Part shown: positions 1 to 9,730 of the stretch, in pieces
How positions within the stretch are numbered: the stretch's first letter is position 1
How the letters are laid out: every line of letters starts with the position of its first letter
Virus record (IMG/VR): IMGVR_UViG_3300036045_000007
Direction: 5' to 3' (one strand)
DNA from: a virus
Length of the DNA stretch: 64,000 nucleotides
Position numbers and translations under genes: made by a program
The notes under the pieces: generated by a model
What the model saw: the letters and a program-made list of their open reading frames with translations, nothing else
Databases searched by the model: none
What the model was told of the DNA's origin: nothing

Positions 1-1248
1 CCGTGGGATCAGGAGGACGCCGATCGCGCACACGAGGCGAAGCCGTCGCCGCCACTGATACCGCAGCGGTTCATCAAAGCGATCACCTGGGAGGACAAGA
101 AGGGAAACCAGCCGAAGAAGATCATCTTCACCAACGGTTGGGAGATGAGCTTCTACTCGTCGCTCGGCAAGCCGCCACAGGGCCTCGACACCGACATCGT
201 GTGGTTCGACGAGGAAATCGTCGATCCAGAATGGTACTCGGAAATGGCGGCACGCACCCTCGACCGGCAAGGCTGCTTCATTTGGTCGGCGACTCCGCAA
301 GCCGCGACGCAAGAACTGTTCGAGCTGCACTGCCGGTTCGTGGACGGCGATGAGTTCGTCGAAGAGTTCCACATCAAGTTGGCCGACAACCCGCACATCA
401 GCGAAGCGGCCAAGGAGGGATTGAAACGAAAGCTCAGTCCCGAAGAGCAGCGCGTCCGCATCGAAGGCGAGTACGCGATCACGAGCTTCCGCGTGTACCC
501 GGAATTCAACAAGGGCACGCACCTGACGCCGTGGTTCGACATTCCAGCCGACTGGATGCGCATTGCCGCCATCGACCCTGGCCGACAGGTGTTGGCGGTC
601 CTCTTCTTCGCGATCCCGCCGCCCGGCTGTCCCAACCACATCTACCTCTACAAAGAGGTTTACATCCAGAACGCGGACAAGCGGAAGTTCGGCGAGGCGA
701 TGCAAGCCGCCGTCGCTCATGACACGATTCACGAGTTCATCATTGACTCGAAGGCAGCACGTCAGACTGAGATCGGCAGCGGCAAAACGGTCGAGGAACA
801 GTACAAGCAGGCGCTCAAGAAGTACGGCATCAAGAGCGAGACACGCGGCTTCAACTTCGTTTGGGGATCGACCGACATCAAGGCCCGCGAGCTGGCCCTG
901 CGGGACTGGCTGATCGTCCGGCCAACGGACGGGAGGCCACGGCTCCTTGTGCTCGAAGGCGTGGCCCCGAACTTCTGCCGAGAGATGGAGCGGTATCACT
1001 ACAAACGGATCAAGGGCCTGGTGACAGATGAGCCTGAACAACGGAACAATCATACAATCGACTGTGCTCAATACTCGGCAGCACGCGATCCACGCTACCG
1101 CAAGCCGTCGCGACCAAGCCGAAGCAAAGGCTATACGTCGAAGATGTTGAAGGCCAAGGCCGAGCGACGACATGCGAGAGGGGAGCGGGATCGGCGCGGC
1201 CACATTTCCCTTGGGCCAGGAGGCGGTGAATATGGCACGAGACGATGA
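1..1248 (+). CDS. terL: terminase large subunit, C-terminal ~415 aa (5' end upstream of window)
   Basis: Frame 1 is open from nt 1, with no stop before the Met at 145. Motifs IVWFDEEI (Walker-B-like) and FIWSATPQ are followed by RNaseH-type nuclease motifs AAIDPGRQ and NHTIDCAQY. A portal-sized gene follows. Confidence 0.8.
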   Translation, partial: PWDQEDADRAHEAKPSPPLIPQRFIKAITWEDKKGNQPKKIIFTNGWEMSFYSSLGKPPQGLDTDIVWFDEEIVDPEWYSEMAARTLDRQGCFIWSATPQAATQELFELHCRFVDGDEFVEEFHIKLADNPHISEAAKEGLKRKLSPEEQRVRIEGEYAITSFRVYPEFNKGTHLTPWFDIPADWMRIAAIDPGRQVLAVLFFAIPPPGCPNHIYLYKEVYIQNADKRKFGEAMQAAVAHDTIHEFIIDSKAARQTEIGSGKTVEEQYKQALKKYGIKSETRGFNFVWGSTDIKARELALRDWLIVRPTDGRPRLLVLEGVAPNFCREMERYHYKRIKGLVTDEPEQRNNHTIDCAQYSAARDPRYRKPSRPSRSKGYTSKMLKAKAERRHARGERDRRGHISLGPGGGEYGTRR

Positions 1249-1669
1249 TTTTGAGGAAGTGGTAGATGTCGAGCCGCGAATGCTGATCGAGCACGCTTAC
1301 GCTGCGTGGCGGTCGGCAAAGCTCGGCACCGGCGCGTCGGAGCCCATGTGGGCGGAACTCGCAGACCCGCCCGCCGACGTGTGGTTGATGGTCTCGGCGG
1401 TCGCGATCCAGAAGATCGACGGCGCCGATGGCCTGCCCTGGAAGGACTTGGCTCAGACGCTTTACGAAGCGTACTGCGACGGCTTGCAAGTAAACCAGCC
1501 GTGGGCTAATATCGCCAGAGCCGAACAGCTCGTTTGGGAGGCAGTTGGCAGGCATCTCGCGAACTGCATGGCGGTTGACGACATTCGGGTCGCGGACATG
1601 GAGTCACAGGCGGACGAGTGGAAATCTTGGGTTGCAACGAAACTAGAAGCCGAAGGAGTTCAGGCATGA
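1232..1669 (+). CDS. hypothetical protein (145 aa, acidic)
   Basis: ATG 1232 is preceded by GGAGGCGG. Track ORF 1172..1669 was trimmed to this SD-linked ATG. It overlaps the terL stop by 17 nt. Confidence 0.5.
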   Translation: MARDDDFEEVVDVEPRMLIEHAYAAWRSAKLGTGASEPMWAELADPPADVWLMVSAVAIQKIDGADGLPWKDLAQTLYEAYCDGLQVNQPWANIARAEQLVWEAVGRHLANCMAVDDIRVADMESQADEWKSWVATKLEAEGVQA

Positions 1670-2025
1670 GTAGTGCGACGGCAACGGCGCCGAAAGAAAA
1701 GATGTGGGTGATGCCGGAAGTTCACATTGGCGACACTGTGCTATGGTTTATGTCGGGCGTGGAGTCACATCACGCGCCGTATCCGGCCATCGTAACCAAG
1801 GTCGCTGAGGAAACCGTGGCGCTGGCGGCATTCGCGCCAGAGCTGTATACCTTGCTCCTTAACGACGGCGTTCGTCACATAGCCGATCCGAGGAACAAGA
1901 AAATTGACCTGGCGGATTCGGGAGCCTGGAAGCACAGGCCAGAGCACAAGCGCCTCGCCGACCTGGAAGCTCAGGTCGATGCTCTGATGGGAGCCAAGGC
2001 TGCGGGGAGTAATTCGCAGAAGTAA
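1666..2025 (+). CDS. hypothetical protein (119 aa)
   Basis: ATG 1666 overlaps the upstream stop (ATGA). SD GAAGGAG lies at 1652-1658. Confidence 0.5.
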   Translation: MSSATATAPKEKMWVMPEVHIGDTVLWFMSGVESHHAPYPAIVTKVAEETVALAAFAPELYTLLLNDGVRHIADPRNKKIDLADSGAWKHRPEHKRLADLEAQVDALMGAKAAGSNSQK

Positions 2026-2044
2026 TCACAACGGAGTGTGACCA

Positions 2045-4042
2045 GTGGAAGACACGTTGCAGCATCCGCTCGCGCCGGTGGTGAAGCAATGGTGCGAGAA
2101 GATCAAGAAGGCCGCCGAGTATAAGAAGTCGCAGTTCCAAGACGATGCTGACGAAGCGCTCAGGTTCTTCAACGGTCCCCACGACTTCATGTATGGCCCG
2201 GAATACTCGACCCACTCGAAGGGCTTTCAAGCCGCCGAGGGGCAAGAGGTTCCTGATCCGCTGTTCCGCATGACCATCAACCGCGTTGCGGAGATGGTGC
2301 AGCTCTTCGGCCCGGTGCTCTACCACAAGAATCCATATCGCCAAGTCAACCCGCGCAAAGTGCCTGGCCCGCCCATGGAGATGCTCGGCGATCCGATGAA
2401 TCCGATGGTGCAGGCTGCGTTCATGGCCCTCACGCAGCAGGTCGCTCAGCAGCGTGGCCAAGACAAGGCCAGGGCGTCGGTTCTCGAATTCTACTTGAAC
2501 TACACGCCGAACGAGCTTGGCCTCAAGGACGAGAGCCGCCGCGCGATCGACGAAGCGATCATCAAGGGCATGGGCTGCTTGTGGACCGAATCGTTCACGC
2601 CGCCCGGTTCGCAGACGCAGATCATCGGATCGTTTTGGGATTCGACGGACAACCTGTTCATCGACCCCGACATGCACTCCATCAAAGAGGCGAAGTGGAT
2701 TGCACGCAAATGCGTTCATCCGGTGTGGCAGGTCGAGCAGGATTATGGACTGGCACCAGGCTCACTGAAAGGCACGCTCGAAAGCTACGGGACGCAGGCC
2801 GACAACAACGCCTCGCCGGATGGCGACTACGCTCACAAGCAGGGCGTGACGAACGACCTGATTTGCTACTACAAGATTTTCACGAAGATGGGCGTCGGCG
2901 GTCGGCTCACCGGCAGTCCAGGCCAGAAAGCCTACCTCGACCGCCTTGGTCCGATCCTCGAAGCGTTCGGCGATTACTGCTATCTGGTCGTGGCCGAGGA
3001 CGTGCCCTACTTCCTCAACATCCCGCCAGAGCTTCTCGATGCACCAGGCGCCGAGCAAGAGATCATGGCCCGACTCGAATGGCCAGTTCCGTATTGGGCC
3101 GACGATGAATGGCCGATGACGCCGATCATCTTCCACGAAATCCCTGGGTGCGTGTGGCCTATGTCGCACCTGAAGCCTGGCATGGGCGAGCTGAAGTTCC
3201 TGAATTGGGCCTACTCGTACCTGGCCGGGAAGATTCGCACGACGAGCCGCGACTTCATCGCTGTGCTCAAAGAGGCGGGCGAAGACCTGAAGTCGAAGAT
3301 TCTCAACGGTCACGATCTCACGTGCCTGGAACTCGAAGGCACGACGCACAAGACGATTCAGGAAGTCGTTCAGTTTCTCCAGCATCCGCAATTCAATGGC
3401 GACATCTGGAAAGTGATCCAGGCCATCGAAATGAATTGGGAGAAGCGAGTCGGCCTGACTGAGCTGGCTTACGGCATGAGCAGTCGCCAGATGCGATCCG
3501 CCGAGGAAGCGTCGGCAAAGATGGGGCAACTCCAAGTGCGGCCCGACGACATGGCCAACAAAGTCGAAGACGCCATGAGCAAGGTCGCTCGGAAAGAAGC
3601 CATCGCCGCTCGCTGGCTGCTACAGCCGCAGGACGTGCAACCGATCATGGGTGAAATGGGCGCCATGCTGTGGGCTCAGCTCGTTGCACAGTCCGACATT
3701 CAGTCCATCGTTCACGAGCTGGAATATCGGATCGAAGCGGGCAGCACACGCAAGCCAAACAAGGACCGAGATGCGGCGAACATGGGCCAGGCCATGCAAA
3801 CGCTCTTCGCTCCGATGATGCAATACTCGATGACGACCGGCGACTTCACGGCGATCAACGCGCTCATCGTCGATTGGGCCAAGAGCGTTGACCTTGATCC
3901 CGAACGATACCTGTTCAAGCCGCCGCCTCCTCCACCTATAATGCCCACGCAACCTGGTGGACAGCCTCAGCCTGGTGGAACTCAGCCACAACAACCGCCC
4001 GGTCCTGGTCAGCCACGACCGGCACAAGCACGCGCCGCGTGA
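2045..4042 (+). CDS. portal protein (putative)
   Basis: 665-aa ORF (GTG start) shortly after terL, with portal-typical size and position. Ends in a Pro/Gln-rich tail (PPPPPPIMPTQPGGQPQPGGTQPQQPPGPGQPRP). Family not recognisable by eye. Confidence 0.55.
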   Translation: MEDTLQHPLAPVVKQWCEKIKKAAEYKKSQFQDDADEALRFFNGPHDFMYGPEYSTHSKGFQAAEGQEVPDPLFRMTINRVAEMVQLFGPVLYHKNPYRQVNPRKVPGPPMEMLGDPMNPMVQAAFMALTQQVAQQRGQDKARASVLEFYLNYTPNELGLKDESRRAIDEAIIKGMGCLWTESFTPPGSQTQIIGSFWDSTDNLFIDPDMHSIKEAKWIARKCVHPVWQVEQDYGLAPGSLKGTLESYGTQADNNASPDGDYAHKQGVTNDLICYYKIFTKMGVGGRLTGSPGQKAYLDRLGPILEAFGDYCYLVVAEDVPYFLNIPPELLDAPGAEQEIMARLEWPVPYWADDEWPMTPIIFHEIPGCVWPMSHLKPGMGELKFLNWAYSYLAGKIRTTSRDFIAVLKEAGEDLKSKILNGHDLTCLELEGTTHKTIQEVVQFLQHPQFNGDIWKVIQAIEMNWEKRVGLTELAYGMSSRQMRSAEEASAKMGQLQVRPDDMANKVEDAMSKVARKEAIAARWLLQPQDVQPIMGEMGAMLWAQLVAQSDIQSIVHELEYRIEAGSTRKPNKDRDAANMGQAMQTLFAPMMQYSMTTGDFTAINALIVDWAKSVDLDPERYLFKPPPPPPIMPTQPGGQPQPGGTQPQQPPGPGQPRPAQARAA

Positions 4043-4051
4043 TAGGGAACC

Positions 4052-4636
4052 ATGAGTGAGAATGCAGCAGCCTGCACCCTGGGAACACAGGGAACCAGTC
4101 CGTTCATGAGGATCAGCGACGATCCACAGGTGCAGGCTGCTTATGAGCGCATTCGATCAGAAGGCGGTTCGCACAATTTGGCAGAAATGCTTGCATTGGG
4201 TCAACCGCCGAACATCAAGGGAACTGACAGCGGCTTCCTCAAGGGCCATTGTAATGGAAGTCAGTTCGAGAAAACACCGTCTATCGGCAATCACTACCTC
4301 GAAGAAGCCAAGCGACACGGCATCGACGTGAAGGGCAAGGTCTACCTGAGCCAGTTGGCGACGTTCCCTGGCGATCCGCGCGCGTGGGTTGCAGATCAGC
4401 ACGATGTCCAGAAGGTGTGCGAAGAGCGTGGGTGGGGCTGCGAGGGAGCGGTGAACGTCAAGTCGGTTCCTCTGATCGAGCCGCCCGCGCCGCCGCCAGC
4501 CGTTGCTCCTGACATCGTTGACGGGAAGGTCGCCGAGATTCTTCAGACGGTTCCTGCGGTGGACCGTCCGCGTGTTGACATCCAAGACCTACGGGAGCAG
4601 GTCGTCGATAAGATCGCGCCGCCGTGGGCCAAGTAG
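4052..4636 (+). CDS. hypothetical protein (194 aa)
   Basis: Long ORF in the late operon with normal amino-acid composition and a weak SD (AGGGAA). Confidence 0.5.
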   Translation: MSENAAACTLGTQGTSPFMRISDDPQVQAAYERIRSEGGSHNLAEMLALGQPPNIKGTDSGFLKGHCNGSQFEKTPSIGNHYLEEAKRHGIDVKGKVYLSQLATFPGDPRAWVADQHDVQKVCEERGWGCEGAVNVKSVPLIEPPAPPPAVAPDIVDGKVAEILQTVPAVDRPRVDIQDLREQVVDKIAPPWAK

Positions 4637-4648
4637 AAAGGATTCGCT

Positions 4649-5233
4649 ATGGCCGCGCCAACGTATAGTCCGGCAACACCCGGCAATCTCATGGCGGCAA
4701 TCTCCATTGCTGCATCGAGCGAGCGAGCGGTGCCGTACAACATCTCCACCAAGTTCGAGGCGCACGTAACCTGTCACTCGCAAATGGGTGGGACAGTCGC
4801 GGCGACGACGGGCGTTCGCTTCGAGGTTTACCAGTACTACGGCTCGACGACTACGACGGCGAGCAGCTCGGCGGGCGCAACCAGTATCAGCGTGGCCAGC
4901 GCCACCGGCATCGTCAAGGGCGCGAGGCTGGGCATTTGGGACGCGACCAACGGCGGCGAAATCCTCGAAGTCAGCAATGTCTCAGGCACGACGCTGACGG
5001 TTGCGGCGACGAAGTACAATCACACCAACGGCGCCAACGTCTATGTGATCGAGACCACGCCGACCATCACGGTGCAGCCAGGTCCGAACTCGGGCAACTA
5101 CGCTGCCGACAAGGTTTATTCCAAGATGATCCAGTTCGGGACGGGGCTCTGGTTTGTGCGCGCCGTGAACCTGGACGCCTCCAATGCACACACCGTCGAA
5201 CTCAGCGCGGCAACCATTGATGCGGTAAGCTGA
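4649..5233 (+). CDS. hypothetical virion-module protein (194 aa)
   Basis: SD AAAGGA precedes ATG 4649. Its stop overlaps the next start (ATGA at 5233). Thr/Ser/Gly-rich, beta-type composition. Confidence 0.5.
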   Translation: MAAPTYSPATPGNLMAAISIAASSERAVPYNISTKFEAHVTCHSQMGGTVAATTGVRFEVYQYYGSTTTTASSSAGATSISVASATGIVKGARLGIWDATNGGEILEVSNVSGTTLTVAATKYNHTNGANVYVIETTPTITVQPGPNSGNYAADKVYSKMIQFGTGLWFVRAVNLDASNAHTVELSAATIDAVS

Positions 5234-6414
5234 TGCGGAATGCACTGCCAGGGCACCGTTGGTACACGCTGCCTCCTGCGGGTACGCAGCTCGATGAAGA
5301 GATGCTGCGGCATCGGTCGCTTTTCCAGCCGAACAGCATCTTCGGTACCTACGCGCAGCAGGGGATGCGGAAGTTGGTGGCCTACTGGCCGCTCAACGAC
5401 GCGAACTCGGCAAGAGGAATACCCGACATCGTGTCGAAGGGGTTCAAGCACGGTGCCACACTCGGCAGCGGCGCCTCCCTGGTTGGCGGGCTGTACGGCC
5501 AGGCCGTGCGGCTCGACGGCACAAGCAACGGTTATATCGCAGTAGCCAACAGCGCCGAGTTTGACCTCGACACGCAGTCCGTGTGGTTTTGGTTCAAGAC
5601 GAATCAGTCGGCCAACCCGATCGCGCTGCTCAGCCGCCACGACACCAATTCCTCGAACGGGTACCTCTTCTGGATCGACTCGAACGCCATCAAGCTGTTG
5701 CTCAAGGGTTCGGGCATCGACGCTCTCACGCTAACCGGGCCATCGGTGCGGGACGGCGCGTGGCACATGGCAGGCGCCGTCATCCGGTCAGACAGTTCGT
5801 TCCGCGAATGCCGCCTGTACGTCGATGGCGTTCTGGTTGCAAGCGATTCGACCGTGCAGCCGATGAACTTCAACAGCCAAGTCACGCGCTGGGGCAAGTC
5901 CATCGACTCGTTCTGGACGGGATTCAACGGCGACATCATTCCGGGCGGCATCTTCAACACCGAGCTGTCTTTCGCCGATTTCCAGCAGCTTTACTTCGAG
6001 CCCTTCTGCCTTTTCAAGCCGCCGACCGTTCGGTCATATACGCGGATCATCAGCTCCGAAGTGCTGGACAGCCTAAGTTCGGCCTTGTCCGTAGGATCAA
6101 CCTTCCTTTCCACGGAGTTTCCTGATAGCTTTTCCTCACCGATTTCGGTCGGTGGCGACTTCCAGACCGCCACCATTGAGTCGCCGATCCTGGTGGGCTC
6201 GCTCTATGATTTCGCCGTCGCTATCGTCGATGAGTTCAGTTCAGCCATCAGCGTCGGCTCGACTTTCGACATTGAACCGGGCTTTAGTTCGGCGATTTCT
6301 GTAGGATCAACCTTTGAATCGGATGCTACGATAAACCTAGTGGAAGGAATCCTGGTCGGCAGCGTGTTCGACGGAAACAGCGGAGCGTTGGCGTCGAATC
6401 GCTACCGGTTTTGA
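5233..6414 (+). CDS. LamG (concanavalin-A-like lectin) domain protein with C-terminal SxAIxVGSTF repeats
   Basis: Laminin_G_3-type pattern: LVAYWPLND...GQAVRLDGTSNGYIAVANSAEFDL...VWFWFKT...GAWHMAGAVI...LYVDGVLV. The C-terminal 120 aa hold about 6 copies of the motif [FL]SSA[IL]SVGSTF and end in NRYRF. Confidence 0.65.
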   Translation: MRNALPGHRWYTLPPAGTQLDEEMLRHRSLFQPNSIFGTYAQQGMRKLVAYWPLNDANSARGIPDIVSKGFKHGATLGSGASLVGGLYGQAVRLDGTSNGYIAVANSAEFDLDTQSVWFWFKTNQSANPIALLSRHDTNSSNGYLFWIDSNAIKLLLKGSGIDALTLTGPSVRDGAWHMAGAVIRSDSSFRECRLYVDGVLVASDSTVQPMNFNSQVTRWGKSIDSFWTGFNGDIIPGGIFNTELSFADFQQLYFEPFCLFKPPTVRSYTRIISSEVLDSLSSALSVGSTFLSTEFPDSFSSPISVGGDFQTATIESPILVGSLYDFAVAIVDEFSSAISVGSTFDIEPGFSSAISVGSTFESDATINLVEGILVGSVFDGNSGALASNRYRF

Positions 6415-6423
6415 GGCACATGG

Positions 6424-9273
6424 ATGGCCGGACCCGTTCTCTTTGATCGAGTCTACGAGACATCGACGACGACCGGCACTGGCAACATCACCCTCGCCGG
6501 TGCAGCGACCGGCTTCCGCGCGTTCGACGCCGTTGTCTCCAACGGTGAAACGTTCCCATACGTGATCGCTTTACAGAGCGGAACCGAATGGGAAACCGGC
6601 ATCGGCACCAAGCTCACGTCAACAACCTTTAGCCGGTCGGTTATCCAGTCCTCGAACAGCAACAACCTGGTGAATTTCTCATCGGGCACTAAGGACGTGT
6701 TCTTAATGCTGTCCTCCGCGCGCACGCCAGCGCTAGACAAGGACAACACTTTCACCATTGGTCCGCAGACCATCAACCTCGCGGCGAATGCGCAGAAGGG
6801 CCTCATCGTCAAGCGGTTCAGCAGCGGCCACTCCGCGAACCTGCTTGAGATTCAGAACGAGAGCGGGACCAGCATAGCGAGCGTTTCAGCGGCTGGTGTC
6901 TTTACGGGAAACGGCTCTGGCCTTACTTCGCTCACCGCTGCCAATATCAGCGCGGGGACCGCTGGGATTTCAATCACCGGCAATGCGGGGACCGTGACCA
7001 ACGGTGTCTACACGAACGTCGCCAACACATTCACGCTCGGCCCGCAACTGCTTCAGAGCGGTGGTGCGTCGAACAAGGTGCTGCTCGTTCGTGGAGCCGC
7101 ATCCCAATCGGCCAATCTTCAAGAGTGGCAAAACAGCGGCGGCACATCGCTGGCCCATGTGACTGCCGCTGGCGTGTTCAATGGTGATGGCTCAGGCTTG
7201 ACCATGTTGCAGCCTGGGAACATCGTGGCAGGAACGGCAGGCATCTCGATCACCGGCAATGCAGGCACGGTCACGAACGGCGTCTACACCAACGTCGCGA
7301 ACACGATCACCCAAGGCCCAACGACTCTCAACAGCGGCGGCGCCGCACTCGTCAGCCTGATCGTGAAGGGTGCAGCATCGCAGTCAGCGAACTTGCAGGA
7401 GTGGCAAAACAGCGGCGGATCGGTTCTCGCCAACATCACGGCGGCTGGCGTCTTTACCGGGAACGGATCGGGCTTGACCAACATCGCTGGTGCGAGCTTT
7501 GGAACGCAGACCGCGAACTTCGTGTTCGCTGGTCCCACATCAGGCGGCGCCGCTAATCCGACGTTCCGCGCTCTGGTCAGCGACGACATCCCCGCCCTGG
7601 CTGCATCAAAGATCACTAGCGGCGTCTTCCCCGAAGCACGAGGCGGTACAAACCAGTCAACGTACACCCTCGGCGACACGTTGTACGCGAGCGCGGCCAA
7701 CACTCTGAGCAAGCTCGCGGGCAACACGACGACGACGCGACAATTCCTGCGTCAGACCGGCAACGGATCGGTGTCGGCGGCTCCCGCGTGGGATACGCTC
7801 GTTGCGGGCGACATTCCGGCGCTGGCCTACGTGACCAGCGTGGCGATCACCGGACCTTCGATCATCAGTTGGAGCGGATCGCCGATCACCAGCTCGGGAA
7901 CATTCACCGGCACGCTGGCGAATCAAAGTGCGAACACGGTCTTGGCCGGGCCGACATCAGGCGGTGCAACGACTCCGACATTCCGAGCGCTGGTCAAGCT
8001 CGATCAGCACGCACAGACCGCCTACAAGGATGAAGCCAACACGTTTACCCTGGGGCCGAACACGTTCCAGACAGGAGCGGCAGGAAACATCGGCGTCATA
8101 ATCGCTGCCGCCGCTTCGCAGTCGGCGAACGTGTTAGAGATCAGGAACTCAGTCGCCGCCGTCATACACTCAGTCGATCCGCAGGGTGCGACCGCGATCA
8201 ATCTCAAAGCGGACTCGGCGATTGGTCTAGTCATCAAGCGGAATAGCGCGACACACGCCGCCAACCTGTTCGTCGTGCAAGACGAAAGCGGCGGCACGCT
8301 GACAGCTCTGAACGCGGGATGCACCGTGTTGACCATGCCCGCGTCATTTGCCATCGGACTTTCGAGCGCGGCGACTGGTTCAAGCGCTCTCGCGATTGGC
8401 GGCAGCGCTTCGGCGGCGGGCAACAATTCCACGGCATTGGGCAACACTGCGGCGGCGGGCGGCACGAACGCAACGGCCATCGGAGCGACCGCGACGTGCA
8501 ACCAGAATAACTCGGTATCTATTGGCACGGCGTCGGTCGTGAACGCAAGCAACTGCGTCGCCATTGGTCGGCAAGCGGCGGCGGGCGGCGCCTCGGCTTC
8601 CAGCGCGACGGCGATTGGCGCCAACGCGCAGGCGTCCACCGCCAATTCGTTGGCGATTGGCTCCGCGTCGTCCGTCGCGCAGGCTGGCGGAACCGCTCTT
8701 GGAGCTAGCGCTGTCGTTCAGGCGGGGCACACCAACTCGCTTGCCTTGGGCTATCAGGCCAACAGCTTTGCGGCGGCTGAGTTCGTCGTAACCCCAAACG
8801 TTGACTTCATAACGTTCTCCGTGCTATCGAGCACATCCACGAACCGGCAGCGCGGCGAGATTCGAGTCGCCAACGTCGATAACACGGACGCCAGCAGAAA
8901 GTACCGCCTGACCCTCAGTGCCTTTGATACAGCAGCACGTGAAGGTCTTAGAATTGAAGGCAGCGGCACAGCAGCGTTGCTCAGTTTCTTTGGCATCACG
9001 GCGGTTGCTCGCGCGAGTGCTTATACCCAAACGTATTCGACCGCTGACAAGACTCATGCGAACCCAACGGCGGTAGCCGTAACGGACAACACAGGCGGCA
9101 CGGCCAACACGACGCTGCAAAACATTGGCGCCGCCTACAGCCAGGCCGAAGTCGCCAACAACTTCGCTGACCTGGCCGCGCAACATAACGCGCTCGTGGC
9201 GGACCTCGCTGACCTCAAGCAACTGTGTAACTCGATGATCGACGATCTGCAAGCATACGGCTTGTTCCAGTAA
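6424..9273 (+). CDS. tail fibre protein (949 aa)
   Basis: Gly/Thr/Ser/Ala-rich with ~93-aa tandem repeats. YadA/Hep_Hag-like head repeats (NSTALGN, ATAIGA, NSVSIGT, NCVAIGR, NSLAIGS, NSLALGY) lie at ~8380-8765. The end is heptad-like (NNFADLAAQHNALVADLADLKQLCNSMIDDLQ). Confidence 0.75.
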   Translation: MAGPVLFDRVYETSTTTGTGNITLAGAATGFRAFDAVVSNGETFPYVIALQSGTEWETGIGTKLTSTTFSRSVIQSSNSNNLVNFSSGTKDVFLMLSSARTPALDKDNTFTIGPQTINLAANAQKGLIVKRFSSGHSANLLEIQNESGTSIASVSAAGVFTGNGSGLTSLTAANISAGTAGISITGNAGTVTNGVYTNVANTFTLGPQLLQSGGASNKVLLVRGAASQSANLQEWQNSGGTSLAHVTAAGVFNGDGSGLTMLQPGNIVAGTAGISITGNAGTVTNGVYTNVANTITQGPTTLNSGGAALVSLIVKGAASQSANLQEWQNSGGSVLANITAAGVFTGNGSGLTNIAGASFGTQTANFVFAGPTSGGAANPTFRALVSDDIPALAASKITSGVFPEARGGTNQSTYTLGDTLYASAANTLSKLAGNTTTTRQFLRQTGNGSVSAAPAWDTLVAGDIPALAYVTSVAITGPSIISWSGSPITSSGTFTGTLANQSANTVLAGPTSGGATTPTFRALVKLDQHAQTAYKDEANTFTLGPNTFQTGAAGNIGVIIAAAASQSANVLEIRNSVAAVIHSVDPQGATAINLKADSAIGLVIKRNSATHAANLFVVQDESGGTLTALNAGCTVLTMPASFAIGLSSAATGSSALAIGGSASAAGNNSTALGNTAAAGGTNATAIGATATCNQNNSVSIGTASVVNASNCVAIGRQAAAGGASASSATAIGANAQASTANSLAIGSASSVAQAGGTALGASAVVQAGHTNSLALGYQANSFAAAEFVVTPNVDFITFSVLSSTSTNRQRGEIRVANVDNTDASRKYRLTLSAFDTAAREGLRIEGSGTAALLSFFGITAVARASAYTQTYSTADKTHANPTAVAVTDNTGGTANTTLQNIGAAYSQAEVANNFADLAAQHNALVADLADLKQLCNSMIDDLQAYGLFQ
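6745..7485. repeat. in-frame tandem repeat (~93 aa / ~280 nt unit, ~2.6 copies) inside the tail-fibre gene
   Basis: Units start NTFTIGPQ (aa 108), NTFTLGPQ (aa 201) and NTITQGPT (aa 293). Each contains SQSANLxE(I/W)QNSGG...AAGVF(T/N)G(N/D)GSGLT...AGTAGISITGNAGTVTNGVYTNVA. A degenerate fourth copy lies near 8030-8290. Confidence 0.85.
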
Positions 9274-9285
9274 GGAGGACCAGTA

Positions 9286-9591
9286 ATGGCGCAAAACACA
9301 ACGGCCAAAGAACTGAACTTCGCGTCACGCGCGATTTTGTCAGCCGATAAGTTCCTCGAATGGTGGGAAGAGGCCAAGGCGCTTCGTCAGGAATACACCA
9401 GCCTCGACATCGGCAATCAAATTACCCAAGGCGAGCTGGACACGTCGCCCGCGCTGATCCACCTGACACCGGCGATCATCACGAGCTACATGACGACGTT
9501 CGATGCGCTGAGCGATCTGATCTCGTTGAACAGTGGAAGCCAAAACAACACGAGCGGCCACTTGACAAACCTGTTCAAGATGAAGGGATAA
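9286..9591 (+). CDS. hypothetical protein (101 aa)
   Basis: Strong SD AAGGAGG lies 6 nt before ATG 9286. Confidence 0.5.
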   Translation: MAQNTTAKELNFASRAILSADKFLEWWEEAKALRQEYTSLDIGNQITQGELDTSPALIHLTPAIITSYMTTFDALSDLISLNSGSQNNTSGHLTNLFKMKG

Positions 9592-9592
9592 C

Positions 9593-9721
9593 ATGCTCGG
9601 TTTTGGGCCATTCGGTTCGGGTGCATTCGCGTCATTGTTTCAAGCCGCCGCGCCGCCGCCCCCAGTCGCCCTGGTGCTGTATGAGGAAATGATGCTGGCC
9701 GGTGGCCTTTACTTTGGGTAG
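9593..9721 (+). CDS. possible small ORF (42 aa, MLGFGPFGSGAFASLFQAAAPPPP...)
   Basis: Below the track cutoff. It fills the gap between two late genes, but no clear SD. Confidence 0.25.
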   Translation: MLGFGPFGSGAFASLFQAAAPPPPVALVLYEEMMLAGGLYFG

Positions 9722-9730
9722 GAGACCAAA

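Noticed and set aside
1725-1745. Additional GGCGACA elements inside genes (for example 1731, 3401, 5926, 21556, 27191, 57572)
   Set aside because: They are in frame as Gly-Asp-(Thr/Ile) codons (GGC GAC Ann) in coding DNA. They lack the -35/-10 hexamers at the fixed spacing, so they are treated as chance codon matches.
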